This document shows positions 1-9,390 of a stretch of DNA of 64,000 nucleotides, piece after piece. Numbering within the stretch: position 1 is the first letter of the stretch; every line of letters starts with the position of its first letter. Source of the stretch: an uncultured Candidatus Poseidoniales archaeon (lineage in GTDB: Archaea; Thermoplasmatota; Poseidoniia; Poseidoniales; Poseidoniaceae); contig CAJJAV010000010.1 of NCBI GenBank assembly GCA_905182125.1, positions 68 to 64,067 on the forward strand, in the 5' to 3' direction. The translations under genes were made by a program, and so were the position numbers. The notes below the pieces were generated by a model, which saw only the letters and a program-made list of their open reading frames with translations, made no database searches and was not told the origin of the DNA.

Positions 1-257
1 ATGAGGTCGGTGCTCACTGGAAGTTTGAAAACATCGCCCATGAAGGTGACACCTGCATCTCGGTCGATCTTTGCTGTGCCTTCGAACACTTGCACGATGA
101 CCATGTCATCGGAGGTGTCGAGCACTTGCCCGTTCTTGATGGTTCCATTGGACAGTCGTAGGGTAACGATTTCTCCAAAAGCAACAGGTTCAGTTTTATT
201 CAAAAAGACCAGAGGCCCTTTCACGTCAGTAATGGTTCGGTATTCTTTTCCAGTCAT
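1..257 (-). CDS. atpB: A/V-type ATP synthase subunit B, N-terminal part (runs off window edge)
   Basis: Manual translation from ATG at 257: [61 protein letters not shown], a typical AtpB N-terminus; GGAGAGG RBS upstream; follows atpA. Confidence 0.95.
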   Translation of the reverse strand, partial: MTGKEYRTITDVKGPLVFLNKTEPVAFGEIVTLRLSNGTIKNGQVLDTSDDMVIVQVFEGTAKIDRDAGVTFMGDVFKLPVSTDL

Positions 258-270
258 GATATTCCTCTCC

Positions 271-2014
271 TCAGTTTTCCTCCACCGTATCGGCGATTTC
301 AGCGGTCATGGTGTCGACCATCGACTCAATAACGTCGACGTAACCCTTCTCGAATCGACCTCGCATGAGGTCGGAGCGGGATGGGACGTTGACAACGTCG
401 TCGAGTTGTGCGCCGCTTGCCATAGCAGACTTTGCAGCGATTCTTGGAACGTTAGATGATGGCCTTGGCCATTTGGTACTGCAAGTGGATGTCACAGTAT
501 GCATCGACTTCGTGGAAACCATTCTGTTGCAAGAAGTATTCACGAATCATCCGTGCGACCTCAAGCGTCAGTTGTTGATCGGTTGGCAGTGCATCGGAAC
601 CGACCAGTTGGACGATTTCTTGCAGTTCTGCTTCAATCTGCAACAGACCACTGATTTGAGTTCGGACTTCTGGGAAGTCTTGTGAAATGTTGTCACGGAA
701 CCATTGGTCGAGGCTTTGTGGGTACAACGAGTAGGAATTCAACCAGTTGATAGCAGGGAAGTGACGTTGTCGTGCAAGACCGGCGTCGAGTCCCCAGAAC
801 ACCTTGACAATTCGCAAAGTACCTTGGGAAACAGGTTCGGAGATATCTCCACCAGGTGGCGAAACTGCACCGATAACGGTGACGGATCCGTCGTCGCCAT
901 TGAGCGTCTCAACACGGCCTGCTCGTTCGTAGAATTCTGCAATTCGGGACGAGAGGTATGCAGGGTATCCTTCTTCGCCAGGCATTTCTTCAAGACGGGA
1001 GGAAATCTCACGCATTGCTTCAGCCCAGCGGGAGGTTGAGTCAGCCATGAGAGCGACGTCGTAGCCCATGTCACGGAAGTATTCCGCGATGGTGATTCCT
1101 GTGTACACAGATGCTTCTCGAGCAGCCACTGGCATGTTAGAGGTGTTTGCAATCATGACGGTTCGCTCCATGAGGGGCTTTCCGGTGTTTGGATCAATCA
1201 AGTGAGGGAATTCGTCCAACACTTCAGTCATCTCATTTCCACGCTCGCCACATCCGATGTAAACCACAAGTTGTGCATCGGAGTACTTTGCGAGTGATTG
1301 TTGGGTGACTGTCTTTCCAGATCCGAACGGACCAGGAATTCCAGCTGCTCCACCCTTAGCGAGTGGGAACAGGAAATCCAGAATGCGCATACCGGTGACA
1401 AGAGGTGTGTCTGGAGCGTACTTCTGCTGGAATGGACGCGGGGTCCGGACGGGCCACTTTTGCATCATCTGCATTTCAGTGCCGTTTTCGAGTACACAAA
1501 CGGTTTGTGTGACGTTGAAGTCGCCGGATTCAATCGACTTCACAGTACCACTCGCAGTCGGAGGGACCATGATTTTGTGAATGATTGTTTCAGTTTCTTG
1601 AACGTGACCGATCACTTGGCCACCGACCACATTGTCACCAACGGCGACTTGTGGGTCAAAGGTCCAGATCTTTTCGAGATCGAAAGCATCAGCGTCAACA
1701 CCACGGGTGATGAAAACACCCATTTCCTTCTCGAGGGTTGGGAGAGGTCGTTGAATTCCATCATAAATTTGGGTCAAGAGACCGGGACCCAATGAAACCG
1801 AGAGGGTTTCTTGAGTGTTCAACACCGGTTCACCGGGTCGAATACCTGAGGTGTCTTCGTACACTTGAATGACGGCTTTATCGCCGTGCAGTTCAATCAC
1901 TTCGCCCATGAGACCTTCGTCGCCAACACGGACGACGTCGTACATAGCTGCTCGCATACCAGTCGCTGTAACAACAGGACCAGAGATTCGGTAAATTACG
2001 CCTTCATTGCTCAT
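271..2014 (-). CDS. atpA: A/V-type ATP synthase subunit A, frameshifted near 455 (probably a sequence error)
   Basis: Walker [17 protein letters not shown] and [10 protein letters not shown] motifs in ORF 452..2029; start 2014 follows a GGAGG RBS; the C-terminal ~55 aa ([29 protein letters not shown]...) lie in another frame ending at 271. Confidence 0.93.
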
Positions 2015-2042
2015 TTTTATTTCCTCCATTTTTGTTGGAACA

Positions 2043-2342
2043 TTACTTCCAAAGGTCGACCCCTATTGCCTTGCGGATGGTGTCCCGCAAAGTGGTGTCT
2101 TCTTCCGTTCCAATGCCAAGCACGGTCGGAGAGACGGATGCCGAGAGTTGGTCACGAAGACGCTCTGGCAAGGCAGCGAGGATTGCGGAGTCGACTACGA
2201 CAATCCCGACGCTTTTGTTGTTGAGAAGTGATTTGAATGTGGAGACCATTGCGTCTTCACCTTCAGGGTTGAGCAGGTGACTGACACCTGCAAGTTGGAA
2301 ACCAAGGGTGAATTCTGGCGTACCTACAACTGCGATATCCAT
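2043..2342 (-). CDS. atpF: A/V-type ATP synthase subunit F
   Basis: [20 protein letters not shown]...[11 protein letters not shown] signature; operon position. Confidence 0.95.
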   Translation of the reverse strand: MDIAVVGTPEFTLGFQLAGVSHLLNPEGEDAMVSTFKSLLNNKSVGIVVVDSAILAALPERLRDQLSASVSPTVLGIGTEEDTTLRDTIRKAIGVDLWK

Positions 2343-2352
2343 TCCATTCACC

Positions 2353-3396
2353 TCAGTTCAATATGTGTGCTTCCAGCACATCGGTTGGCAAACCCGCTAG
2401 ACGGCCTCGCACAATCAGTCGCAAGTCGTTTACTTCTTGCACCTTCATGGCGATGTAGTGAATGACAGGGAGAGCGGAAACAGGGTGCAGGAAGCTCATA
2501 CGAGCCATCATCTTGTGTTCGCGTTCCTTCAACCAGGTAACGACGACATCGAGGCTTCTGTTTTCCTTTGAGGCCGCAAGAGCTTCTTCAAACGAAGATC
2601 CATCGAAACGAGGCGCTGTTCGGAGCAGGTCGAGCAAAGCGTCTTTTCCACCGGCAGCAATGGCAGAGAAGGAACGCTTAGGCAAAACCCGGCCTCCAGA
2701 AAGGAGCAGGCCGACGGTTTGTTCGTTTGACAACCCCACAGCCTCTGCTTCGAGGATGTTGAGGATGTTGCGATGATCGATTTCAGCAGCAACCAAACCT
2801 CGGAGGAAACGGACAACTGGTCCTTTCCCATTGAGGGCTTGGAGGGCGTGAGCGAAGTAGTGTCGGTCAAGTGCGTCTTCGTAATCTGAGAGACGTGCAT
2901 CGTCTGGTACCGCAGCGAGTGCTGGACCAAACGACTTGCGGCGCATCTGGACCGCAGCGGAGCGCAAATCGTCAGCGCTCTCAATGATCTTGATCCAAGG
3001 CGTGTTAATGTCGTTGAGTTCAGGTAGGATTGCGTGAATGATTTTTTCCATTTCCACATCGTTAGCCACAGACCGAAGAACAACCTTTGCGTTGTGGTAT
3101 TGGTAGCGTGAGGTGTAGATTTCAACCATCGAACGGATTTTTCCGTTACAGATACCAACCATTTTGTCGAGTTCATGTTCGAGGTTGTGGGTAAGGGCGG
3201 CTTCGACCAAGTCGCCACCGGTCAGACGACCGGCGTACAGGTCCATTTCAGCTCGATAGCCAATATCACTGATGGCGACGGTGAGCTGATCTGGGGATTG
3301 GCTGATCAATTGGCGCAAACGGGCACGGTCCGCAAGTTTCTGCCGTCGAGCCTTGGCTCGGGCAGCAACGTATGGTGTGTTTCCTGTCATTACCAT
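2353..3396 (-). CDS. atpC: A/V-type ATP synthase subunit C (d/AC39 family)
   Basis: ~345 aa, YVAARAKARR N-terminus, EIDHRNI and NDLRLIVRGR motifs; lies between atpE and atpF. Confidence 0.9.
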   Translation of the reverse strand: MVMTGNTPYVAARAKARRQKLADRARLRQLISQSPDQLTVAISDIGYRAEMDLYAGRLTGGDLVEAALTHNLEHELDKMVGICNGKIRSMVEIYTSRYQYHNAKVVLRSVANDVEMEKIIHAILPELNDINTPWIKIIESADDLRSAAVQMRRKSFGPALAAVPDDARLSDYEDALDRHYFAHALQALNGKGPVVRFLRGLVAAEIDHRNILNILEAEAVGLSNEQTVGLLLSGGRVLPKRSFSAIAAGGKDALLDLLRTAPRFDGSSFEEALAASKENRSLDVVVTWLKEREHKMMARMSFLHPVSALPVIHYIAMKVQEVNDLRLIVRGRLAGLPTDVLEAHILN

Positions 3397-3405
3397 AATC
3401 ATCCC

Positions 3406-3966
3406 TCAGTCAAATAGAATTTTGTTGGTGGAACTCAATTGGTCTTTCCACGACGTTTCGAGAAGTGTGTCGAAACGCATGTCGTATGATACCGAGCCGT
3501 CGGTGGCTTCGAGGACAAATCCTCCAAGACCATCAACAGCGTCGCCCATTCCTCGCTTTCCAGCGAGTTCCGAGAGCGCCTTTCGATCCATCTCAACAGG
3601 GCGGACATTGAAGTCCTTGCCAATCTCGTCAGCCTTTGCCATGAGGGACTTGAGCAAACTAGCTCGTCCTTTCATTTTCGGGCTGCTGAGTTCTGCATGA
3701 GTCATGGCCAAGGTTTCGTCGAGCACCTTGCGTCGAGCGACAAGAATTTCCTTTTGGTTGGCTTGTCGAGCACTGGCCACAATTTCGCGAGCAAGTTGAG
3801 TTGCTTCACGTTCGGTGCGGCTGGCCGCTTCGGAGCGGATTGTTACAGCCTTCGCCGTTGCTTCAGCCACGATAACATCGGCTTCTTTCTGAGCCTCTGT
3901 GATCATAGCATCGGCTTCCGCCTTGGCTGATTTTGAGATATCTTTTGCGAGTGTTTCAAGCGTCAT
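3406..3966 (-). CDS. atpE: A/V-type ATP synthase subunit E
   Basis: Coiled-coil N-terminus, GLGGFVL..DG.VSYDMRFDTLL C-terminus; operon position. Confidence 0.9.
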   Translation of the reverse strand: MTLETLAKDISKSAKAEADAMITEAQKEADVIVAEATAKAVTIRSEAASRTEREATQLAREIVASARQANQKEILVARRKVLDETLAMTHAELSSPKMKGRASLLKSLMAKADEIGKDFNVRPVEMDRKALSELAGKRGMGDAVDGLGGFVLEATDGSVSYDMRFDTLLETSWKDQLSSTNKILFD

Positions 3967-4033
3967 TGTGTTTCCTCCGTAATGGTGATTTCAATTGACC
4001 AAGCGAACTTGGTCCTTCCATCGTTAGGTGTCT

Positions 4034-4339
4034 TCATAGGAAGAGTGGTAGAGCACCGAGAATAACGATAGATTCAGGCAAAGCAGTGAAAATCAATGCT
4101 GGGCCGAACTTGCTTCCGTCTTCTGCGAGCATACCGACAGCTGCGCTGCCAATGGCTGCCTGGGAGAGGCCAGCGCCAATTGCGGCGAGGCCGAGTGCGA
4201 TACCAGCGCCAATGGCTGTGTATCCGTCACCGTCTGATGCTCCGGCTGGGTCTGCTGCTGCTGCGCCTTGAGCAACCATGGTGATGGCTGCCAAAAGGAT
4301 CAGTGTTCTTAGGCTCATTTTTAGGGTGTTTGTGTTCAT
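4034..4339 (-). CDS. atpK: A/V-type ATP synthase proteolipid subunit K/c with N-terminal leader
   Basis: 101 aa from ATG 4339; Gly/Ala-rich hairpin IGAGIALGLAAIGAGLSQAAIGSAAVG...FGPALIFTALPES with the conserved Glu. Confidence 0.93.
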   Translation of the reverse strand: MNTNTLKMSLRTLILLAAITMVAQGAAAADPAGASDGDGYTAIGAGIALGLAAIGAGLSQAAIGSAAVGMLAEDGSKFGPALIFTALPESIVILGALPLFL

Positions 4340-4377
4340 AATTGCTGCCTCCGTATTTTTGTATGTCCATTGGACTC

Positions 4378-6741
4378 TTATTGCCCCTCCAAGTGAAGGG
4401 CGCGGCCACCGAGCGGTGCAAAAGCACGGCCGGATCCGTCGTAGAATTTGCCCATCCATTCCACAAAGTGGAGACGGGCTGCGTGAATTGTAGGTGAAAG
4501 AATGCCAAGCGCTAGAGCAAAGACTTGGACGAAGAGGAAGATTACCATGCACAGAAGAGCTGTCAAGTAACCCGCAGCGCCACCGGCCTCAATGCCAGCA
4601 ACCATGTTTTCCCATCCGAGGACAATGGAGACCTCAGCGATTTTGACACCAGCCACACCAACGGCCATGATGCGCAGGTATGAGAGGGTGTTTGCGAGAA
4701 GGCCGAAGGTTTCGATTGGCCCCATGATGATGCCGCCAGCCCATCCGAAGCCTTCGTACACTGCAAGACCGATGATGAGGCAAACAATGCCGCCGATGAG
4801 CAGGAGGTTCCACAAAGGCTGGAATTCGAACAGTTCATTGTGGCCCATCACGAAGTTTCGGCAGACCATGAAACCACCAGCGAGGATCATCAGCCACGAG
4901 CCCTTTTCGAAGAAAGCAGCAGAGAAGCCGTGCGCCTTGTTGACGTTCATGAAACCGATGATGAGGCCGACCAGAATGTGGAAGACGCCAAGGTAAACTG
5001 CGAGCGCAACATATTGCTCAAGACCGTGACCTGCGCTTGCTCGGTGGAACGGCATGAGGACGAATGGATGGCTGGCATCTCCGAGTCCAGTTAGGACCGC
5101 AATCGATTCTGGCAAGGTGAAGTGGTGTGACCAATCATAGAAAGAAATCAGCGGTGCGATGTGGGGGTGGCCCGCATGGCTGCCGTCCCAGACGAAGCCG
5201 AAGCCTTCTGCGAAAATGATGCCCCAAATGATGCACCAAACGCCCATCCAGCGAAGCACTGTCATGCCTTTTTGGGCCAACGGGTCAACTGCGAATGGTT
5301 TCGAGCCTAGCCAATATGAAAGACCAACAAGAATAGCGCCATAGCCCCAGTCTCCAAGAATCATCCCGTAGATGAACGGGAAGGTCATCATGATCAACAT
5401 CGAAGGTTCGAAGGAACCATACTTTGGACGGCCGACAAGGTCGACGAGCAATTCAAACGGTTGTGTAGCCTTGCCGTTTTGGAATTCAATTGGCGGTGTT
5501 GGCTCATCGTGATGGTCTGCCTTTGCAGGCATGGAACGAATCATGGTCAGGGTAATGTCGAGTTCTGGCAGGTTGATTTTACCATCGCCGTCCAAATCCA
5601 TGGCCTGGACCAGCTTACCAACTTCCCAAGGTGGAAGGTTAGCGATGCTCGCAGACTTGAGCGCTTGTTGGAATTCGTAACTGTCAACCATTCCTGAGTC
5701 ATCGAGGTCGATGGTCTTGAAAAATTGGAAGACAGAGAGTTTGTTCTTGAAAAGATAATCGGAGAGCATGGTCAACTCTTCAGCGTGCTCTTCGTTATGG
5801 GATTCATCGTTGTGGTGGCCGTGATGTGGATCAACATAGGCTTCGATGCTGACGTGAGAGGCGATGCTTCCAAGTTTATCCTGGACCATCTTGCTTTGTG
5901 CAGTCGGGACCCATCCGTCAAGAGCGAAGGCTTGTTCGCTGACTGCGACCAAGGTTGGCGCGGTGTAGATGGCATCTTCACGGGTCAGGAATTCTTCCAA
6001 AGCGACGACATTGCGTGCGTTTCGTTGAACCCATGCATCGAGGGCGTTCTGCGTGGAAACAATGGTGTTCTCAAGGGATGTGATTTCTGAAGCCAAGTCT
6101 TTGGCTTTCTTGGCAGGCGATCCTTCTCCGGCGGGGATTTGAATAGCTTTGGCGCCAAGTTCAGCCAAACATATCTGGACTTCAGCAGCGTGTTGAGTTT
6201 GGCACGCAACCGCCACGACGCCAGGGGCGCTGTGAAGGAGGATTTCCGTGCCAAGGGCTGCGAAAACGGTCTTTGCTTTGCTTGCACGTGCCGTTTCGCC
6301 AACATATACTTCCAAGCCGTCGAAACCGCCCATCAATTCCAGAGGGATGTCGAGGGGCGCGAGGCGCTCAAGGACCTGAAGTTGCTCAGCAAGAGTGCTG
6401 ATCGAGGATTCGCTGTCACGCACAGTGTCGATGTACGCAAGTGCGTCGTCAATTTTTGGACCAAAGTTCTCCATCAGTTTTTTTGCTTCTGCAATTGAAA
6501 GTGGGCCTTCGTTGTTGTTTGCCTTTACTGATGAGGTGACGGCTCGCACTTTGGTGAGCAATGCGCTGACTTGGTTGGCTCCTTCGTTGGAAAGTGCACG
6601 CCCAACGCCGATGCCGTCTTGGAATTGCCCGTACTCTTCGATGTGTACGCATGAAAGCGAAGCACACATCCTGAGCACCTCTTCCATCTTAACGACGGGA
6701 GCCGCCACGGTGAGGCGGGACATTTCTGCGGTGGCGAACAT
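4378..6741 (-). CDS. atpI: A/V-type ATP synthase subunit I (a) with an internal EF-hand pair
   Basis: 787 aa; FELLVDLVGRPKYGSFEPS, YGMILGDWGYG, LSYLRIMAVG (essential Arg) and RLHFVEWMGKFY motifs; insert carries DLDDSGMVDSYE and DLDGDGKINLPE. Confidence 0.95.
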   Translation of the reverse strand: MFATAEMSRLTVAAPVVKMEEVLRMCASLSCVHIEEYGQFQDGIGVGRALSNEGANQVSALLTKVRAVTSSVKANNNEGPLSIAEAKKLMENFGPKIDDALAYIDTVRDSESSISTLAEQLQVLERLAPLDIPLELMGGFDGLEVYVGETARASKAKTVFAALGTEILLHSAPGVVAVACQTQHAAEVQICLAELGAKAIQIPAGEGSPAKKAKDLASEITSLENTIVSTQNALDAWVQRNARNVVALEEFLTREDAIYTAPTLVAVSEQAFALDGWVPTAQSKMVQDKLGSIASHVSIEAYVDPHHGHHNDESHNEEHAEELTMLSDYLFKNKLSVFQFFKTIDLDDSGMVDSYEFQQALKSASIANLPPWEVGKLVQAMDLDGDGKINLPELDITLTMIRSMPAKADHHDEPTPPIEFQNGKATQPFELLVDLVGRPKYGSFEPSMLIMMTFPFIYGMILGDWGYGAILVGLSYWLGSKPFAVDPLAQKGMTVLRWMGVWCIIWGIIFAEGFGFVWDGSHAGHPHIAPLISFYDWSHHFTLPESIAVLTGLGDASHPFVLMPFHRASAGHGLEQYVALAVYLGVFHILVGLIIGFMNVNKAHGFSAAFFEKGSWLMILAGGFMVCRNFVMGHNELFEFQPLWNLLLIGGIVCLIIGLAVYEGFGWAGGIIMGPIETFGLLANTLSYLRIMAVGVAGVKIAEVSIVLGWENMVAGIEAGGAAGYLTALLCMVIFLFVQVFALALGILSPTIHAARLHFVEWMGKFYDGSGRAFAPLGGRALHLEGQ

Positions 6742-6750
6742 GGAACCAGC

Positions 6751-7062
6751 TCACTGTGAATTTACGGTATCGAGAAGATGTGCTACGGCCTTGTCTTTTC
6801 GGCCAGCGGCTGAAGATTCGATTGCATCAACGACTTTTTGGCCGTCCTTAGCAACACCTTCTGCTTCTTTGTTTGCTCCTGCTCGAGCAGCGTCTAAGGT
6901 GGATTGTGTGTCTGCGACCGAACCATCGGTTGCTTCGGTGATCAGTTGCACGGATTGACGCCGAGCATCTGCTGCGATTTTGCTAACTTCTGCTTGGGCA
7001 TTCGCAAGTTGCTTTTCGGCATCTTGTTCTGCTTGCTTGATTTTGCGAAGGACATCGGCCAT
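6751..7062 (-). CDS. atpH: A/V-type ATP synthase subunit H/G (peripheral stalk)
   Basis: MADVLRKIKQAEQDAEKQLANAQ charged coiled coil, ~103 aa; first gene of the atp operon; GGTGA RBS. Confidence 0.85.
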   Translation of the reverse strand: MADVLRKIKQAEQDAEKQLANAQAEVSKIAADARRQSVQLITEATDGSVADTQSTLDAARAGANKEAEGVAKDGQKVVDAIESSAAGRKDKAVAHLLDTVNSQ

Positions 7063-7159
7063 ACCCAAGATAATCACCAGCAAATTCGCTGAACAGGAGG
7101 GGGTTTATGAGGCTAATGGGGGGGGCTCTAGAGGGGTAAAGAGCACCTAGAGCGTTGAA

Positions 7160-7906
7160 TTACTGCTTAGGCTTGGTTGCACGGAACCGGCTGGCCATGG
7201 CGAAAGGCAACAGTAAACGGCCTTGGACACCTTCATAGCCAACGTCCTTGATCATGGCACGGTAATACCCATTTGTGCCATAGTGCGAATATGTGTTAGC
7301 AAGACCTTTCCACGGGTGGTTCTTGTCTTTGGTGACGTATCGAGCAATCCATTGGACAACAGTTGCCATCCAAATCCGACCTGCAAAACCATGCAACCAA
7401 TTTGCCTTGCCGGCATCACAGATGACTAAACGGCCACCGGGTTTGAGGACCCGATAGATCTCCTCAAGCCCCTTCCGTTTGTCTTGGAAGTCTCTGAAAG
7501 AAAACAAGCAAAACACCACATCATAGGTGTTGTCAGGAAGCGGGATTGCTTCTGCGATAGCCTCGACGTAATCTGCTGGTGGCTCGCCGCGTGCTAATCG
7601 AGCGGAATCAACGCGCTTTTTGGCGACTTTCAACATTTCTGGTGACGGGTCGAGGCAGGTCACTTCGAGGCCGACCAAATCTTCGGCAAACGAACCGGGA
7701 CCACAGCCAACTTCGAGGACTTTCATCCCTGGCTCAGCATGATTGCGAACGTTTCGTCGCCAGCGCTTGTCCTGCCCGAACGTCATGAGCTTATTGACGC
7801 GGTCGTAATTCGGGATGGTCGCTTCCAACTGTGCCTCAAGGATGGTCCATGCGTCCAAATCGATACCAGAGGGGTCGTAACCTCCAGTCGCTTCTCTGCT
7901 TCCCAT
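7160..7906 (-). CDS. ubiE: UbiE/MenG-like class I SAM-dependent methyltransferase
   Basis: YDRVNKLMTFGQDKRWRR, VLEVGCGPG (SAM motif I), YRVLKPGGRL. Confidence 0.75.
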   Translation of the reverse strand: MGSREATGGYDPSGIDLDAWTILEAQLEATIPNYDRVNKLMTFGQDKRWRRNVRNHAEPGMKVLEVGCGPGSFAEDLVGLEVTCLDPSPEMLKVAKKRVDSARLARGEPPADYVEAIAEAIPLPDNTYDVVFCLFSFRDFQDKRKGLEEIYRVLKPGGRLVICDAGKANWLHGFAGRIWMATVVQWIARYVTKDKNHPWKGLANTYSHYGTNGYYRAMIKDVGYEGVQGRLLLPFAMASRFRATKPKQ

Positions 7907-7984
7907 GACCCATGCGCATCTGCCAACCTCTTTGGACATGTCGACGTATTGCCAGGCCCAAAACTGGGCGCAATACCCACCCCG

Positions 7985-8788
7985 TCAAGCGATGCGCTCG
8001 ACAGTTTCCGGGGTGATTCCTTCTTCGGGCGTTACCCGGAAAACGAGGATCTTCAAGTTCTCTGGCGCGTTTCTAAATTTGGAAACGATCATTGAGGTTT
8101 CGAAGTCGGTTCCGATGGTACGCACTTTGAACGAGAGAACCATGTCTGCAATCGATGAAAGTTCTTGCTTGATCACGGGGTCAAGACCGTTGGTCGAGAC
8201 CGAGATGAGCAACAATCCGCGATGGAGTTGAGCGTGAGCTTGGAGCATACGCACCATGGCAACAACTCGGGCTGGATCTTCCCGTTGAAGGAAAAAGTCG
8301 AGGCTGTCCACGACCGCTCGGAAGTAAGGACCCAGAGCCATGATTTCATTGGTCACTTCGGTGAGGTAATCTTGGTTGGTTTCATCAACAAAGCGAGTTT
8401 GGGCAAGCCGTTGAATGTCAGCGAGTTGGAAGCCTTCCAAGCGGTAGCGACTGGCAAGCAACTCTCGTTCGAGAACCGTTGAATTGTATTCTTCACCGAT
8501 GGTGCGTACGTTGATGTCCATTGGCCAACTGTATTTTTGGAAAATCCGAACAATCTCTGCTTGGCCTTCGTTTGTCGAGACATAGAGTGTGTTTTCTGAT
8601 TCTTCTGCAGGCGAGGTGAATTGCTTAGCGAACAATTCGCTTCCAGACCCTGTATCGGTGAACGCAATCAACGTGAAACCTCGAGGGATACCACCATGCA
8701 TTTCATTGTCGAACTTAGGCACACCGAAGGAACCCACCATGCTGAAGAACTCTTCATCTTCGGGATCAAAATCAAACTTGCGTGCCAT
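7985..8788 (-). CDS. KaiC/RAD55-like RecA-fold protein with degenerate Walker A
   Basis: FGVPKFDNEMHGGIPRG start, TDTGSGSE in place of GxxGxGKT, VVDSL Walker B region, IVSKFRN. Confidence 0.75.
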   Translation of the reverse strand: MARKFDFDPEDEEFFSMVGSFGVPKFDNEMHGGIPRGFTLIAFTDTGSGSELFAKQFTSPAEESENTLYVSTNEGQAEIVRIFQKYSWPMDINVRTIGEEYNSTVLERELLASRYRLEGFQLADIQRLAQTRFVDETNQDYLTEVTNEIMALGPYFRAVVDSLDFFLQREDPARVVAMVRMLQAHAQLHRGLLLISVSTNGLDPVIKQELSSIADMVLSFKVRTIGTDFETSMIVSKFRNAPENLKILVFRVTPEEGITPETVERIA

Positions 8789-8799
8789 ATCTGTTCACC

Positions 8800-9390
8800 T
8801 CAATGGATAACGACCTGGCCTCGATCGATTAAATCGGTGCAATAAAGATCAAGATTCGACAACACCAATGGCGGTGTTTGATCGGGTACATTCAGAACAA
8901 CGGAAAGGATTTCTCGCTGGCGGAAGGTGTTGATGAAGGTGTGAAGGTATTCCGCAAGAATGCGGTCTTCATTGTAGATGGCAAGTGCGTTGACGCTGTC
9001 GAGGAAGACAAAGTTGCGCTCTGATGAGGTGGTTCGCAAGATGTAGAGGGTGCGAAGAAGCACTGATTCGAGCATGATTGGACTGTCGACGAAGTGAATA
9101 TTGGAATAAGGCACATCCGTCCCGCCGAGGATACCAGATGAGACCAGGTCGATGAACTGGATTTTCGATACATCGATGCCGATGGATTCGAAAGCCTCAA
9201 TGATTTCAACAGCTCCACGGTTTGCGCTGATGTACACGCCACCCATTTCGAACATTTGCATGAGAGGAATGATTGTGCTCGCCGTGACCATGAAGGCGTT
9301 GGAGTTGCCGCAGCGCACTTGCACCGCACTGTTGAGTGCTACTTCGGTGAGTTGTTCTGCTATTCTCTGATCCAGTTCAAACATAATCAT
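8800..9390 (-). CDS. KaiC-associated inactive RecA-like domain protein (DUF835/DUF7504-like)
   Basis: GVYISANRG, IQFIDLVS and FVFLDSVNALAIYN motifs; no P-loop; sits between two KaiC-like genes. Confidence 0.65.
   Translation of the reverse strand: MIMFELDQRIAEQLTEVALNSAVQVRCGNSNAFMVTASTIIPLMQMFEMGGVYISANRGAVEIIEAFESIGIDVSKIQFIDLVSSGILGGTDVPYSNIHFVDSPIMLESVLLRTLYILRTTSSERNFVFLDSVNALAIYNEDRILAEYLHTFINTFRQREILSVVLNVPDQTPPLVLSNLDLYCTDLIDRGQVVIH

Noticed and set aside
430-470. Programmed frameshifting in atpA or purP
   Set aside because: No slippery heptamer or obvious stimulator; two independent indels in housekeeping genes are better explained by sequence error
7125-7153. GCTCTAG...CTAGAGC inverted repeat upstream of the atp operon
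   Set aside because: A 7-bp stem with a 15-nt loop; it could be a terminator but there is too little support for a call
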